From Clostridiales bacterium (GTDB lineage Bacteria > Bacillota > Clostridia > Christensenellales > UBA3700), in NCBI GenBank assembly GCA_014799575.1, contig JAAVHS010000020.1:11990-49431 (forward strand): 37,442 nt of DNA, in the 5' to 3' direction. Numbering within the stretch: the stretch's first letter is position 1; the number at the start of each line of letters is the position of its first letter. Positions 9,436-19,652 of this stretch are shown here, piece by piece. A program made the translations under genes and the position numbers. The notes under the pieces are model-generated. The model saw nothing but the letters and a program-made list of their open reading frames with translations, had not been told where the DNA came from and did not search any database.

Positions 9436-9851
9436 GTATAGAGTATAGAGAGTACGACGCTTTGCCAAAAATGGCGCGAGCAATACGCGAAAAAGTCTTT
9501 GTCGAGGAACAAGGCTTTCAAGAGGAATTTGACACCGTAGACGAATTCGCTACGCACATCTTGGCTTTCGACGGTGAAGATGCCATTGCAACAGGTAGAT
9601 TTTTCAAGCAAGACAATTATTATTTGATAGGCAGAATAGCCGTACTAAAAAATTATCGCGGACAGAATATCGGTCGTGATATGATACGCTTTGCCGAAAA
9701 GAGCATTAAAGGTATAGGCGGAAAAGAGATACGTATCCACGCTCAAGCGAGCGCGCAAGGCTTCTATGCAAAATTAGGTTACGAGCCTTTCGGCGAATAC
9801 GATTACGTCGAGAGTTGTAAGCATATTTGGATGAAAAAGGTTATTTTTTAA
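9432..9851 (+). CDS. GNAT N-acetyltransferase (ElaA/YjcF-like)
   Basis: IR..VFVEEQ, IGRIAV...YRGQNIG and HAQ....FY.KLGY. Overlaps the malQ stop codon (ATGA). Confidence 0.92.
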   Translation: MSIEYREYDALPKMARAIREKVFVEEQGFQEEFDTVDEFATHILAFDGEDAIATGRFFKQDNYYLIGRIAVLKNYRGQNIGRDMIRFAEKSIKGIGGKEIRIHAQASAQGFYAKLGYEPFGEYDYVESCKHIWMKKVIF

Positions 9852-9864
9852 TTCTTTATTGAGT

Positions 9865-10434
9865 TTATTCCCAAAATTGTTTGCCACCGTACATCATAAA
9901 GTACTGCGAAAGTTTTGCCATTTCTTCGGGGGATTCGACAAAACCGTCGAAGACCCATTTTTCTAGTAGAGCGGTAATACCTGCGACGAGATAGACGCTG
10001 AAATAGTCGCAGTTGCGAGAATCGTCGTCTTTCGCGCGTACTATCCAAGAGTCGAAACAAAACTTTTCGAGCGATTTTTCAAGGTGTCTGCCAAAACTGC
10101 TATCGCAGTTGGGGGAGAACAAAATATACGCTATATCGTAATTTTCTTTGACGTATTTATAGAGATTGACGAAACTTTTGGCAGGATTGAACCCCTCGTT
10201 GTCTTTGACAAGTATCGTCTTTAAGTTGTCGATAAATTCGTTGCCGAGTTGCTCCAACATATCGTACGGGTCGCGATAGTGCAAATAAAAGGTCGCTCTG
10301 TTGACGTCGGCAAGTTCGGCAAGTTCCCTTACCGAGATATTGACTATACTTTTAGTGTTTATCAGTTCTTTCAAAGCGCAGAGCAGTTGTTGCTGAGTAC
10401 GTTTGAATCTTCTGTCCTTTTTCGTCTTATCCAT
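9865..10434 (-). CDS. TetR/AcrR family transcriptional regulator
   Basis: DRR..RT N-terminus, HTH ISVRELAELADVNRATFYLHY and C-terminal W...G..ESPEEMA. Confidence 0.93.
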   Translation of the reverse strand: MDKTKKDRRFKRTQQQLLCALKELINTKSIVNISVRELAELADVNRATFYLHYRDPYDMLEQLGNEFIDNLKTILVKDNEGFNPAKSFVNLYKYVKENYDIAYILFSPNCDSSFGRHLEKSLEKFCFDSWIVRAKDDDSRNCDYFSVYLVAGITALLEKWVFDGFVESPEEMAKLSQYFMMYGGKQFWE

Positions 10435-10834
10435 AATTTTCCTCTTCCCCTATGAGTAATAATGCGACAATTATCTCATAAATCGCAAAAATTAACGTTT
10501 GTTAACTCAATATAAACTGACTGTTAACTAATTGTTAAGAGCCAACAATTTGCCAAAATTATGGTATAATAATAGACATTTCGCAATAATATTGTTGATT
10601 ATTATACATATTGAAGACAAATGGTATAGTTTCTGCGGTTGATTAAATTGCTCAAAACTCTTATAATTATAATAGTAAAATAATTGATAAAAGTCAATTA
10701 CTTTTGCAAATTTTGTACCTTAGAACAAAAATAACGGGTTAATAGCGGTTTTACATATAAATATTGATTGAATTGTCAAAGATATTAACGTAAGACACGC
10801 GCGAGCCCGCTATTAAAGAATCAGGAGCAGGATA

Positions 10835-11881
10835 ATGGCAAAAATTACACAAAGAGAATTCGATGAAAAGCACGCTCAATATGCGAGGATGGAAGCGTAT
10901 GACCAATGGACTACGCCTTACAACGAGGACAACGCAATCACCGTCGATAAGGATTATGAATTCCAGCCCAATACGCGTACTTTCAAGATAGGAAGATTTA
11001 TCGTGAAGGGCATGCTTCGCTTGGGACTGCCGCTTGCCAACAAACTGCTTTTTGACTTGAAAATCGAGGGCAAGGACAATCTCAAACAAGTTGACAACGC
11101 GATTAGAGTATCCAATCACGTTATGTTGCTCGATACTATGATAAACTTCCAAGTCGCTTTCGGTCACCGTCATTATATGACGGGCGCGGCTTTCCAACTC
11201 AAAAAGGGCGCGCTCAGCAAGTTTTTCAGAGCGGCAGGCTTCTTGCCTTTGGCGAGTTCTATAAAGGCAATGAGCAATCTTGACAAGTCAATCACGGATA
11301 TCTACGAGAAAGGCAATTCGGTCGTTACATTCTACGCAGAGCAAGCAATGTGGGAAAAGTACGAAAATTCCCGTCCGCTCAAAAAGGGCGCCTTCCATTA
11401 TGCGGTCAAAAACAACGTGCCGGTAGTGATGACGGTAATACTTTTCAGACAGCCGACTTGGATTAGAAGAAAGTTGGGCGTCAAAAAGGATTGTACGGTA
11501 AGAATTTGTCCGCCTATATATCCAAGAAGCGATTTGGGCGTAAAAGAGAATATAGAATATATGCAAAAGGCTACTCAAGAGATGTACGATAGGACGGTCT
11601 GCGATTTCTACGGCTACGATTACGACAAATACGATATGCGTCTCACGCCGTTGGAAAATAAGTACGTCGCTAAGGGCTTGTTGGATAAAGACAGCGCGCT
11701 TGCCGAAAAGCCGAACGATACGGAACTTAGGAAAAGAATAGAGAAGGAAGTCGCCGAGCGTGAAAGGGCGCAACAGCCTATTTGCGAAGAGGAGATATTT
11801 GACGACGAATTCTTGGACTGCTACGACTTCGGCGATATATATTCCGAAGATACGATGACGGAGCACGCAGTCAAACTATAA
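10835..11881 (+). CDS. PlsC-like lysophospholipid/glycerolipid acyltransferase family protein
   Basis: Catalytic NHxxxxD (SNHVMLLD), divergent FYAE motif, LKKGAFHYA..NNVPVV and an acidic C-terminal tail. RBS AGGAG. Confidence 0.82.
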   Translation: MAKITQREFDEKHAQYARMEAYDQWTTPYNEDNAITVDKDYEFQPNTRTFKIGRFIVKGMLRLGLPLANKLLFDLKIEGKDNLKQVDNAIRVSNHVMLLDTMINFQVAFGHRHYMTGAAFQLKKGALSKFFRAAGFLPLASSIKAMSNLDKSITDIYEKGNSVVTFYAEQAMWEKYENSRPLKKGAFHYAVKNNVPVVMTVILFRQPTWIRRKLGVKKDCTVRICPPIYPRSDLGVKENIEYMQKATQEMYDRTVCDFYGYDYDKYDMRLTPLENKYVAKGLLDKDSALAEKPNDTELRKRIEKEVAERERAQQPICEEEIFDDEFLDCYDFGDIYSEDTMTEHAVKL

Positions 11882-11928
11882 TTAGATTTTTCAACTTAGT
11901 TTTTTCACTTCCAAAATCGGTAAAACCG

Positions 11929-11965
11929 AAAACAAAAGTCGCTTAAAGGCGACTTTTGTTTTTTT
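11929..11965. terminator. Bidirectional intrinsic terminator
   Basis: AAAACAAAAGTCGC-TTAAAG-GCGACTTTTGTTTTTTT. Confidence 0.88.
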
Positions 11966-11974
11966 AATTATTGC

Positions 11975-13405
11975 TTATAGATTTTTTTGAGCCGTTTTGA
12001 GCCACCTTTTGGAGAGGTAGAAGAGTACCGAAACCGTCGCTCCGATTATCCAGCCGATTGGCCAACTCCACCATATACTTTCATAGTCGAGTCCAAACCC
12101 TTTTACGAATAAATAACTCAGACCTACTCTTAAAACCAAGTCGGACATAGTGCTTGACGTAAAGCCTGCCATATCGCCCGCGCCGCGTATAAATCCGTCG
12201 AAGATGATTTTAATGCATACGACGGCGTAGAATGGGGCAAGGATATATAGAAACTTCGCGCCTATGTCTATAATTTCGGGATTGTTCTCGCTTGTGAACG
12301 CCGCGACCAATTGTCTTGCGAGTAGCATATACAGAGCCGTCGAGAAGAGGGCGATTACAATTACTGAAATTATTCCGCCTTTCAAGCCTTCTTTTGTCCT
12401 ATCCAATCTTTGCGCGCCGATATTTTGCGAGGTGAAAGTCGCCATTGCGTTGGAGATAGTAAGGAAAACGGATATGATTATATAATTTATCTTGAACGCC
12501 GTGCCGTAACCCGCGACGAGATTTGGGTTGCCGAAAGAATTGACAAGGCTTTGCACAAAAAGTTGACCGATGGACACGGTGGAATTTTGCAAAATACTCG
12601 GCAATGACAATAGCATTATACTCGTCCAAGTCGAGAGGGAGAACTTTGAATTTTCCAAAGCGCGATGAGCGTGTTTTTGTTCGCGCACGCCATCGATTGC
12701 TTCGCCTTCTATATGTTCGTTTTCTTTGGGCAGTCTTGCGACGTTTACCAAAAGCACGACAAGCGACAGCGCGCTCGCCAAGCCTTGCGCGACGAACGTA
12801 CCCCAAGCGAGACCCTTTACGCCCAAATTGAAGTATTTGACGAAGATTATGTCAATCGCCACGTTGAAGAGCGTGGAGAAAATCAGCAAGAAGAGCGGCG
12901 TCTTGGAATTGCCGAGCGCTTGGAAGATAGAACTAACCACGTTGTATATGAACAAGAACGACAGTCCGTAGACGTATATGTCGAGATAGTCCACGCTCTG
13001 CGTGTAAACCGCCTCGCCCAACTCCTGCGAATTCATAAGAGTGAGCATAGGCTTGTTGGTAAATATTCCGATTATCGTGAAGATTGCCGAGAAGACGGCG
13101 ATATTGATAAGCGCGGTGTATACTGCAGTCTTAGTGCGAGAGTAGTTTTTTGAACCGAAGATTCTCGATATGACGACGCTACCGCCCACGCCGAAGCCGT
13201 TGCCTATCGCAATAAATACGACGGTGACGGGATAGGCGGAGTTGACTGCGGCAAGCGCGATTCCGCCGTCGTCGATGAAGTTGCCCGCGATAAGCGAGTC
13301 GGCAATGTTGTAGAATTGTTGAAAGAGTACGGAAATTATCATAGGAACGGCAAATGCGTAAAGCACTTTTAGCGGTTTTCCGTTGGACATATCTTTCGTT
13401 GCCAT
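11975..13405 (-). CDS. MATE family efflux transporter
   Basis: FAVPM...LFQQFYNIAD, LGNSKTPL.FL, N..ID, SQNIGA and RGAGD, with about 12 hydrophobic segments. Confidence 0.95.
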   Translation of the reverse strand: MATKDMSNGKPLKVLYAFAVPMIISVLFQQFYNIADSLIAGNFIDDGGIALAAVNSAYPVTVVFIAIGNGFGVGGSVVISRIFGSKNYSRTKTAVYTALINIAVFSAIFTIIGIFTNKPMLTLMNSQELGEAVYTQSVDYLDIYVYGLSFLFIYNVVSSIFQALGNSKTPLFLLIFSTLFNVAIDIIFVKYFNLGVKGLAWGTFVAQGLASALSLVVLLVNVARLPKENEHIEGEAIDGVREQKHAHRALENSKFSLSTWTSIMLLSLPSILQNSTVSIGQLFVQSLVNSFGNPNLVAGYGTAFKINYIIISVFLTISNAMATFTSQNIGAQRLDRTKEGLKGGIISVIVIALFSTALYMLLARQLVAAFTSENNPEIIDIGAKFLYILAPFYAVVCIKIIFDGFIRGAGDMAGFTSSTMSDLVLRVGLSYLFVKGFGLDYESIWWSWPIGWIIGATVSVLFYLSKRWLKTAQKNL

Positions 13406-13548
13406 ATTTGCCTTCTTTCAAATGAATTTTCTGTCTATTAAAGCGGCGTTTGCAATTTTCGACAAAATTACCATATCATTTATACTACCGAGATTTGAGA
13501 AATGCAAGCGAAGCGTATAAAAAAAGTTTATTTTTTCAAAATTCGGTC

Positions 13549-13577
13549 TTGTATATTAAAAATTAATGTGGTATAAT
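13549..13577 (+). promoter_or_regulatory. Sigma-A promoter of the glg operon
   Basis: TTGTAT-17 bp-TATAAT with an extended TGn; AAGGAGTG precedes the TTG start. Confidence 0.7.
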
Positions 13578-13609
13578 TTGGATAAGTATGATACAAGGAG
13601 TGAATTGAT

Positions 13610-15523
13610 TTGGATAAAAAAATTCCGGTATATTTATTCCATGAGGGAACAAATTATGAGGCGTACAAGTTTATGTCGCCCCAACAATGTACGAGAGACG
13701 GAAAAGAAGGCTGGCTCTTCCGCGCTTGGGCGCCGCACGCAAAATCAGTCAGCGTAGTCGGCGATTTCAACAATTGGGACAGAGATAATCATCCTATGGA
13801 GAAAATCAGCGACGGCATTTGGGAAGGCTTCGTCGAGGGATTGAAGATATACGACATTTACAAGTTCAGCGTCGAGACTGCGCAAGGCAAGTTGAGATTG
13901 AAAGCAGACCCTTACGCAAGACATAGCGAGACTTCGCCTGCCAACGCTTCCAAACTTTACGTTTCGCAATTCAAATGGAGCGATAAGAATTGGATGGTAG
14001 AGAGAGAAAAGTTCGACCCGTACCATTCGCCGATGAACATCTACGAATTGCACGTAGGCAGCTGGCGCAGATACGAAGACGGAAATATTCTCAACTATCG
14101 CGCTTTGGCGGACGAACTCGTGCCGTACGTCAAGCAAATGGGATATACCCATATTGAGATTTTGCCGATAGCCGAATATCCTTACGAGGGAAGTTGGGGC
14201 TATCAGGTCAGCGGTTTGTTCGCGCCCACGTCCAGATACGGTACGCCCGACGACTTCAAGTATTTCGTCAACAAGTGCCATAAGAACAAAATAGGCGTAG
14301 TTCTCGATTGGGTATGCGCGCATTTCCCAAAAGACGCTTTCGGTCTTTACGAATTCGACGGCGAGCCGTGTTACGAATATTCCGACCCGTTTAAGCAAGA
14401 GCATAAGGAATGGGGCACGAGGGTGTTCGATTACGGCAGGAACGAAGTTCACTCTTTCTTGATTTCTTCGGCGGACTTTTGGGTAAGCGAATATCATATC
14501 GACGGTATCAGAGTAGACGCAGTCGCGTCAATGCTCTATCTCGATTACGGCAGACAGGGCGGAGAGTGGCGTCCCAACGCGTTCGGCGGAAATTATAATT
14601 TGGAGGCGATTGATTTCCTCAAGAAACTCAATTCGCATATGCTCGGCAAGTTCAAAGGCTTGTTGATGATTGCCGAAGAGTCAACAGCGTATCCCAACGT
14701 GACCAAGCCTGCTTACGACAACGGATTGGGATTCAACTTCAAGTGGAATATGGGTTGGATGAACGATATGCTTTCTTACGTATCGCTCGACCCGTTTTTC
14801 AGAAAAGACAACCACAACAAAATCACTTTTTCGATTACTTACGCGTATAGCGAAAACTACGTCTTGCCTCTCTCGCACGACGAGGTAGTGCATGGCAAAC
14901 GTTCGCTTCTCGACAGAATCCCCGGCAACTATATGGACAAGTTCAACGGACTGAAAGCTTTCTTCGGCTTTACTATGGCGCATCCGGGAAAGAAGTTGCT
15001 GTTTATGGGCGGAGAGTTCGGACAGTTCATTGAATGGGATTATAAAAAACAACTCGATTGGTTCTTGCTTGATTACGATTCGCACAGCAATTTGCACAAA
15101 TTCGTCAAGGATCTCAACGCATATTATCTCAACAATAGAGAGATGTATTATCTCGACACGACCTACGACGGATTCAAGTGGATTTGCGTAGACGACAATA
15201 CTCAAAATATCGTGTCATTTATGCGTAGCGACGGCGAGGGAAATTACACGATTGCGGTAGTCAACTTCTCGCCTGTGACGAGAGAAAATTACTGTATGGG
15301 CGTACCTGAGAAAAGAGTATACAAAGTTGCGCTCAACAGCGACGACAAGAAGTACGGCGGAGAGAGCGGTAGTAATATAAGTTTTTCCGCTCAAAAGGGC
15401 GAAATGCACGGACACCCGTACCATATCGAAATGACGATTCCGGGCAACAGCGTGATGTATATCGCGCCCGCTAGGAAGATGAAGAAACAGACTAAGTCCG
15501 ACGAGGCGCAAGCCAAAGCGTAG
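13610..15523 (+). CDS. glgB: 1,4-alpha-glucan branching enzyme
   Basis: WAPHA..VSVVGDFN, IYELHVGSW, SWGYQ, GIRVDAVASMLY, AEES and LSHDEVVHGK. TTG start. Confidence 0.98.
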   Translation: MDKKIPVYLFHEGTNYEAYKFMSPQQCTRDGKEGWLFRAWAPHAKSVSVVGDFNNWDRDNHPMEKISDGIWEGFVEGLKIYDIYKFSVETAQGKLRLKADPYARHSETSPANASKLYVSQFKWSDKNWMVEREKFDPYHSPMNIYELHVGSWRRYEDGNILNYRALADELVPYVKQMGYTHIEILPIAEYPYEGSWGYQVSGLFAPTSRYGTPDDFKYFVNKCHKNKIGVVLDWVCAHFPKDAFGLYEFDGEPCYEYSDPFKQEHKEWGTRVFDYGRNEVHSFLISSADFWVSEYHIDGIRVDAVASMLYLDYGRQGGEWRPNAFGGNYNLEAIDFLKKLNSHMLGKFKGLLMIAEESTAYPNVTKPAYDNGLGFNFKWNMGWMNDMLSYVSLDPFFRKDNHNKITFSITYAYSENYVLPLSHDEVVHGKRSLLDRIPGNYMDKFNGLKAFFGFTMAHPGKKLLFMGGEFGQFIEWDYKKQLDWFLLDYDSHSNLHKFVKDLNAYYLNNREMYYLDTTYDGFKWICVDDNTQNIVSFMRSDGEGNYTIAVVNFSPVTRENYCMGVPEKRVYKVALNSDDKKYGGESGSNISFSAQKGEMHGHPYHIEMTIPGNSVMYIAPARKMKKQTKSDEAQAKA

Positions 15524-15589
15524 GACATAATATCTTTAACGATAAAATATATTTAGAAAGAAAGTTTTTATCTATATTTAGGAGGGAAA

Positions 15590-16783
15590 ATGTATACTAA
15601 CAAAAAAGAGTGCGTGGCAATGCTGCTCGCCGGCGGACAGGGTACGAGATTGTATTCTCTTACAAGAGATTTGGCTAAGCCTGCGGTATCGTTTGGCGGT
15701 AAGTACAGAATTATCGACTTTCCGTTGTCCAACTGTATCAATTCGGACATTGATACAATCGGCGTGCTTACGCAGTACAAGCCTTTCGACCTCAATCAGT
15801 ACATAGGCAACGGTCAGCCTTGGGATTTGGACAGACTCAACGGAGGCGTATTCGTCCTTCCGCCTTATATGAAAGGCGAGACTTCCGACTGGTATAAGGG
15901 CACGGCAAACGCAATTTATCAAAATATAGAATTCGTGGACAAGTTCTCGCCCGAATACGTTTTAGTGCTTTCGGGCGACCATATTTACAAGATGGATTAC
16001 GCGCAAATGCTCGCTTATCACAAAGAGAAGAAAGCGGACTGCACGATAGCGGTAATCAACGTATCTATAGACGAAGCGTCGCGCTTTGGAATTATGAATA
16101 CCAACCCAGACAATTCGGTATACGAATTTGAAGAGAAACCAAAAAAGCCGAAGAGCACCAACGCGTCTATGGGTATTTATATCTTCAACTGGTCGAAGTT
16201 GAGAAAGTATCTTATCGACGACGAGAACGATAAAAATTCGAGCAACGACTTCGGTAAAAATATAATACCGAATATGCTCAAAGACGGACAGAAACTCTTC
16301 GCGTACAATTTCTCCGGATATTGGAAAGACGTGGGTACGATTTCTTCGCTTTGGGAAGCGAATATGGACGTGCTCAACGAGAATAGCGGAATCAATCTTG
16401 ACGACAGCGCGTGGAAGATATACGCAAGAAATACTGCCGAACCGCCTCATCACGTAGGCAAAGACGCAGTGATAAGAAATTCGCTAATCACGGAAGGTTG
16501 CAAGATAAACGGCAAGGTAAGCAACAGCGTGCTTTCCACGGGCGTGGAAATTTGCGAGGGCGCGATTGTCGAAGACTGCAATATCATGCCGGGCGCAAAG
16601 ATTTGCAAAGGCGCGGTAGTCAAGTATGCAATAATCGGCAACAACGCGGTCGTAGGAGAGAACGCAGTCGTAGGCGACAGGCAGACTGAACCCGTGGGCG
16701 GGCAATGGCAAATTACCGTCGTCGGACCGAACGCAAAAGTTGCGCCTAATACCGTAGTGCCCGTCAAGGCAATGGTAGATTAA
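15590..16783 (+). CDS. glgC: Glucose-1-phosphate adenylyltransferase
   Basis: [59 protein letters not shown] and a C-terminal beta-helix. Confidence 0.98.
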   Translation: MYTNKKECVAMLLAGGQGTRLYSLTRDLAKPAVSFGGKYRIIDFPLSNCINSDIDTIGVLTQYKPFDLNQYIGNGQPWDLDRLNGGVFVLPPYMKGETSDWYKGTANAIYQNIEFVDKFSPEYVLVLSGDHIYKMDYAQMLAYHKEKKADCTIAVINVSIDEASRFGIMNTNPDNSVYEFEEKPKKPKSTNASMGIYIFNWSKLRKYLIDDENDKNSSNDFGKNIIPNMLKDGQKLFAYNFSGYWKDVGTISSLWEANMDVLNENSGINLDDSAWKIYARNTAEPPHHVGKDAVIRNSLITEGCKINGKVSNSVLSTGVEICEGAIVEDCNIMPGAKICKGAVVKYAIIGNNAVVGENAVVGDRQTEPVGGQWQITVVGPNAKVAPNTVVPVKAMVD

Positions 16784-16796
16784 GGAGGGAAGAGAA

Positions 16797-17909
16797 ATGA
16801 AAGATACGATGAGTATAATTTTTGCAAGTGACAACGAGTCCAAGCTCAACGAACTCACTTTGCACCGCACGACGGCGTCGTTGCCATTCTGCGGAAGATA
16901 TAGATGTATTGACTTTGCTCTTTCCAACCTCGTCAACAGCGCGGTTACGACGATAGGAATAATTACGAGAAGCAACTATTCCTCTCTTATGGACCATATT
17001 CGAATGGGTCGCGATTGGGACTTGAATAGAAAGAACAGCGGTATCGCGGTATTTCCGCCTTACGCGTCCAATACTTCGACCAACATCTTCAAGGGAAAAA
17101 TTGAAGCGTTGTACGGAATATTGGATTACATAGAAAATTCCAACGACGAGTACGTCATCGTCACCAACAGCAATATCATCGCGAGCATAGATTTTGACGA
17201 CGTATACGAGGCGCACGTGGCAAACGGAGCGGACATCACGATGCTCACCTACACGTCAAAGCCGACCACTTCGAAAAGAGTGCTTGTCGAGAAAGATTTG
17301 ACGGGTAGAGTTACGGGAATGAGAATTACCAAATCGGCAAGCGATGAGAGCGCGGAGATAGGATTGTATTGCTATCTTTTCAAGAGAACGCAACTCATTG
17401 AACTCATTACAGAAACCTACGAAAGAGGCAAAATCGACCTTGAAAAAGACGTGTTGCAAGCCAACGTTGACAACCTCAAAATCTACGCTTACAAGGTCAA
17501 AGGACACGCCGCTCTCGTCGACGACGTCAAGTCTTATTATCACGAAAGTATGGCTACTCTCGACACGGAGATACGCGACAGTTTGTTCTATAGCGTAGGC
17601 AAGGTATTTACAAAGGTAAAAGACAGCGTACCGACAAGATATTGCGAGGGAGCAAAGGTAGTAAATTCGCTTATTGCGGACGGTTGCAAGATAAACGGTA
17701 AGGTAGAAAATTCAATACTTTTCCGTGGCGTCATCGTGGAAGAAGGCGCGGTAGTTCGCAACTCAATCGTAATGGAAAGCGGAAGAATTATGAAAGGCTC
17801 TAAACTCAACTACGCAATCACCGATAAAAACGTGACCGTCACTGAAGACAAGTCTTTGAGCGGTTCGGAAAGTTATCCGGTGGTCGTAGTTAAAAATAAA
17901 ACCGTTTAA
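16797..17909 (+). CDS. glgD: ADP-glucose pyrophosphorylase subunit GlgD
   Basis: GlgC paralogue lacking the GG motif: LT.HR..ASLPF.GRYR.IDF.LSN, WDLNRK and TKVKDSVPT. Directly follows glgC. Confidence 0.96.
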   Translation: MKDTMSIIFASDNESKLNELTLHRTTASLPFCGRYRCIDFALSNLVNSAVTTIGIITRSNYSSLMDHIRMGRDWDLNRKNSGIAVFPPYASNTSTNIFKGKIEALYGILDYIENSNDEYVIVTNSNIIASIDFDDVYEAHVANGADITMLTYTSKPTTSKRVLVEKDLTGRVTGMRITKSASDESAEIGLYCYLFKRTQLIELITETYERGKIDLEKDVLQANVDNLKIYAYKVKGHAALVDDVKSYYHESMATLDTEIRDSLFYSVGKVFTKVKDSVPTRYCEGAKVVNSLIADGCKINGKVENSILFRGVIVEEGAVVRNSIVMESGRIMKGSKLNYAITDKNVTVTEDKSLSGSESYPVVVVKNKTV

Positions 17910-17933
17910 TTTTAGTAATTAAGGAGAACGAAT

Positions 17934-19469
17934 ATGCCGACTGAAAGCAAGACGAAAAAGGCGACTACCGCCAAAAAGACGGCAACCGCTAAAACAGTAA
18001 AACAAGAAAGTGCAAAAAAAGAAGTGGTGAAGACCGATTTTGATAAGAAAATTCTTTTCGCGACTTCCGAAGCCGTACCGTTTATCAAGACGGGCGGTTT
18101 GGCTGACGTAGCGGGCGCGTTGCCCAAGGCGTTGGTAGATAGCGGCGTGGATTGCAGAGTTATACTTCCGCTCTATATGGATATTAAGCAAGAATATCGC
18201 GACAAGATGGAATTTCTGGGCAATACCTATATCAATCTGTCGTGGCGCAATCAGTATTGCGGACTTTTCAAGGCAGTTCACGAGGGCGTGACCTATTACT
18301 TTGTCGACAACGAATATTACTTCAAAAGAAGCGGACTTTACGGCTATTACGATGACGGAGAAAGATTTGCGTTTTTCTCAAAAGCGGTGTTGGAAAGCAT
18401 TTCGCTTATGGAAGGTTTTTGTCCTGATATTATCCATTCCAACGACTGGCAGACGGCGTTGACCCCCGTATTTTTGGACGTATTCTTCAGAGGCGACGAA
18501 CGCTTAAAAAATATAAAGACGGTATATACGATTCACAATATCGAATTTCAAGGAAGATACAGCGGATATATCGCGGGCGACGTTTTGGGACTTCCCGACT
18601 GGGCGAGAGAATTCGTCGACTATTCGGGCGACGTCAACTATATGAAAGGCGGTATCGAAAGAGCCAACAAAGTTACGACCGTTTCGCAGACCTACGCGCA
18701 GGAAATTCTTAATTCCTACTACGGCTACGGTATGAACAATATTCTCGTCAACAGACAGTATAAGCTGTCGGGAATTATCAACGGTATAGACGAAAAAGCG
18801 TACGACCCCAAGACGGATAAGCACGCTTACGTCAATTACGACCTTTCGACTTTTGGCGATAAGGTTAAAAACAAACTTAAGTTCCAAGAGGATTTGGGAC
18901 TTCCAATCGACGAAAATATTCCTATGATAGGTATGGTGGGAAGACTTACGCATCAAAAGGGACTCGACCTTATTGAGCATATTATCACGCGCGTCCTCGA
19001 TATGGGCGTTCAACTCGTCGTTTTGGGTACGGGCGATTACAAGTATGAGGAGATGCTCAGAAGCGTACAGATAAGATATCCCAACAATTTGCGTTCGCTC
19101 ATCACGTTCTCGTCGGATTTGGCAAGCAAGGTATATTGTTCAAGCGATATGTTCTTGATGCCGTCCAAGTTCGAGCCGTGCGGTCTTAGCCAAATGATTG
19201 CGATGAGATACGGCGCGCTTCCTATCGTAAGAGAGACGGGCGGACTCAAAGACACCGTCTTGCCGTACGACTACACGACGGGAAGAGGCACGGGCTTTAC
19301 CTTCTATTCTTACAATGCGTACGACTTGCTCTACGCGGTTGAAAGAGCCGTGGGTATGTATCGCGACTATAAAGAAGACTGGGCAAAGATTGTAAACAAC
19401 GCTATGACGAAGGATTTCAGCTGGCAAAATATATCTTTGAGATATATTGATTTATATAAACAGTTGTAA
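17934..19469 (+). CDS. glgA: Glycogen synthase
   Basis: KTGGLADV, HSNDWQT, TIHN..FQG and PSKFEPCGLSQM, with a Lys/Thr/Ala-rich N-terminal extension of about 35 aa. Confidence 0.98.
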   Translation: MPTESKTKKATTAKKTATAKTVKQESAKKEVVKTDFDKKILFATSEAVPFIKTGGLADVAGALPKALVDSGVDCRVILPLYMDIKQEYRDKMEFLGNTYINLSWRNQYCGLFKAVHEGVTYYFVDNEYYFKRSGLYGYYDDGERFAFFSKAVLESISLMEGFCPDIIHSNDWQTALTPVFLDVFFRGDERLKNIKTVYTIHNIEFQGRYSGYIAGDVLGLPDWAREFVDYSGDVNYMKGGIERANKVTTVSQTYAQEILNSYYGYGMNNILVNRQYKLSGIINGIDEKAYDPKTDKHAYVNYDLSTFGDKVKNKLKFQEDLGLPIDENIPMIGMVGRLTHQKGLDLIEHIITRVLDMGVQLVVLGTGDYKYEEMLRSVQIRYPNNLRSLITFSSDLASKVYCSSDMFLMPSKFEPCGLSQMIAMRYGALPIVRETGGLKDTVLPYDYTTGRGTGFTFYSYNAYDLLYAVERAVGMYRDYKEDWAKIVNNAMTKDFSWQNISLRYIDLYKQL

Positions 19470-19542
19470 ATATTATACAAAATCGTCAAAAAATTTATAG
19501 AATATTACTTTATTATAAAAAAATCCGTAAGAAGCGTTTATT

Positions 19543-19574
19543 TTGTAGCATAAAATAAATGTATATGATATAAT
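19543..19574 (+). promoter_or_regulatory. Internal promoter upstream of glgP
   Basis: TAGCAT(19546-19551)-17 bp-TATAAT with an extended TGn, followed by a 5' hairpin at 19585-19620. Confidence 0.55.
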
Positions 19575-19652
19575 TTTAATGTGTAAATTTGACGGGCGAG
19601 GGCTTCGCTCGGGCAAATTTACTCAAAAAACGTAATTATTATCGGAGAAAAG

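Noticed and set aside
8284-9483. 399-aa antisense ORF, and similar ones at 20877-21914, 22854-23900, 31282-32181 and 35363-36223
   Set aside because: Shadow ORFs opposite well-conserved genes, explained by sense-strand codon bias; no recognisable motifs.
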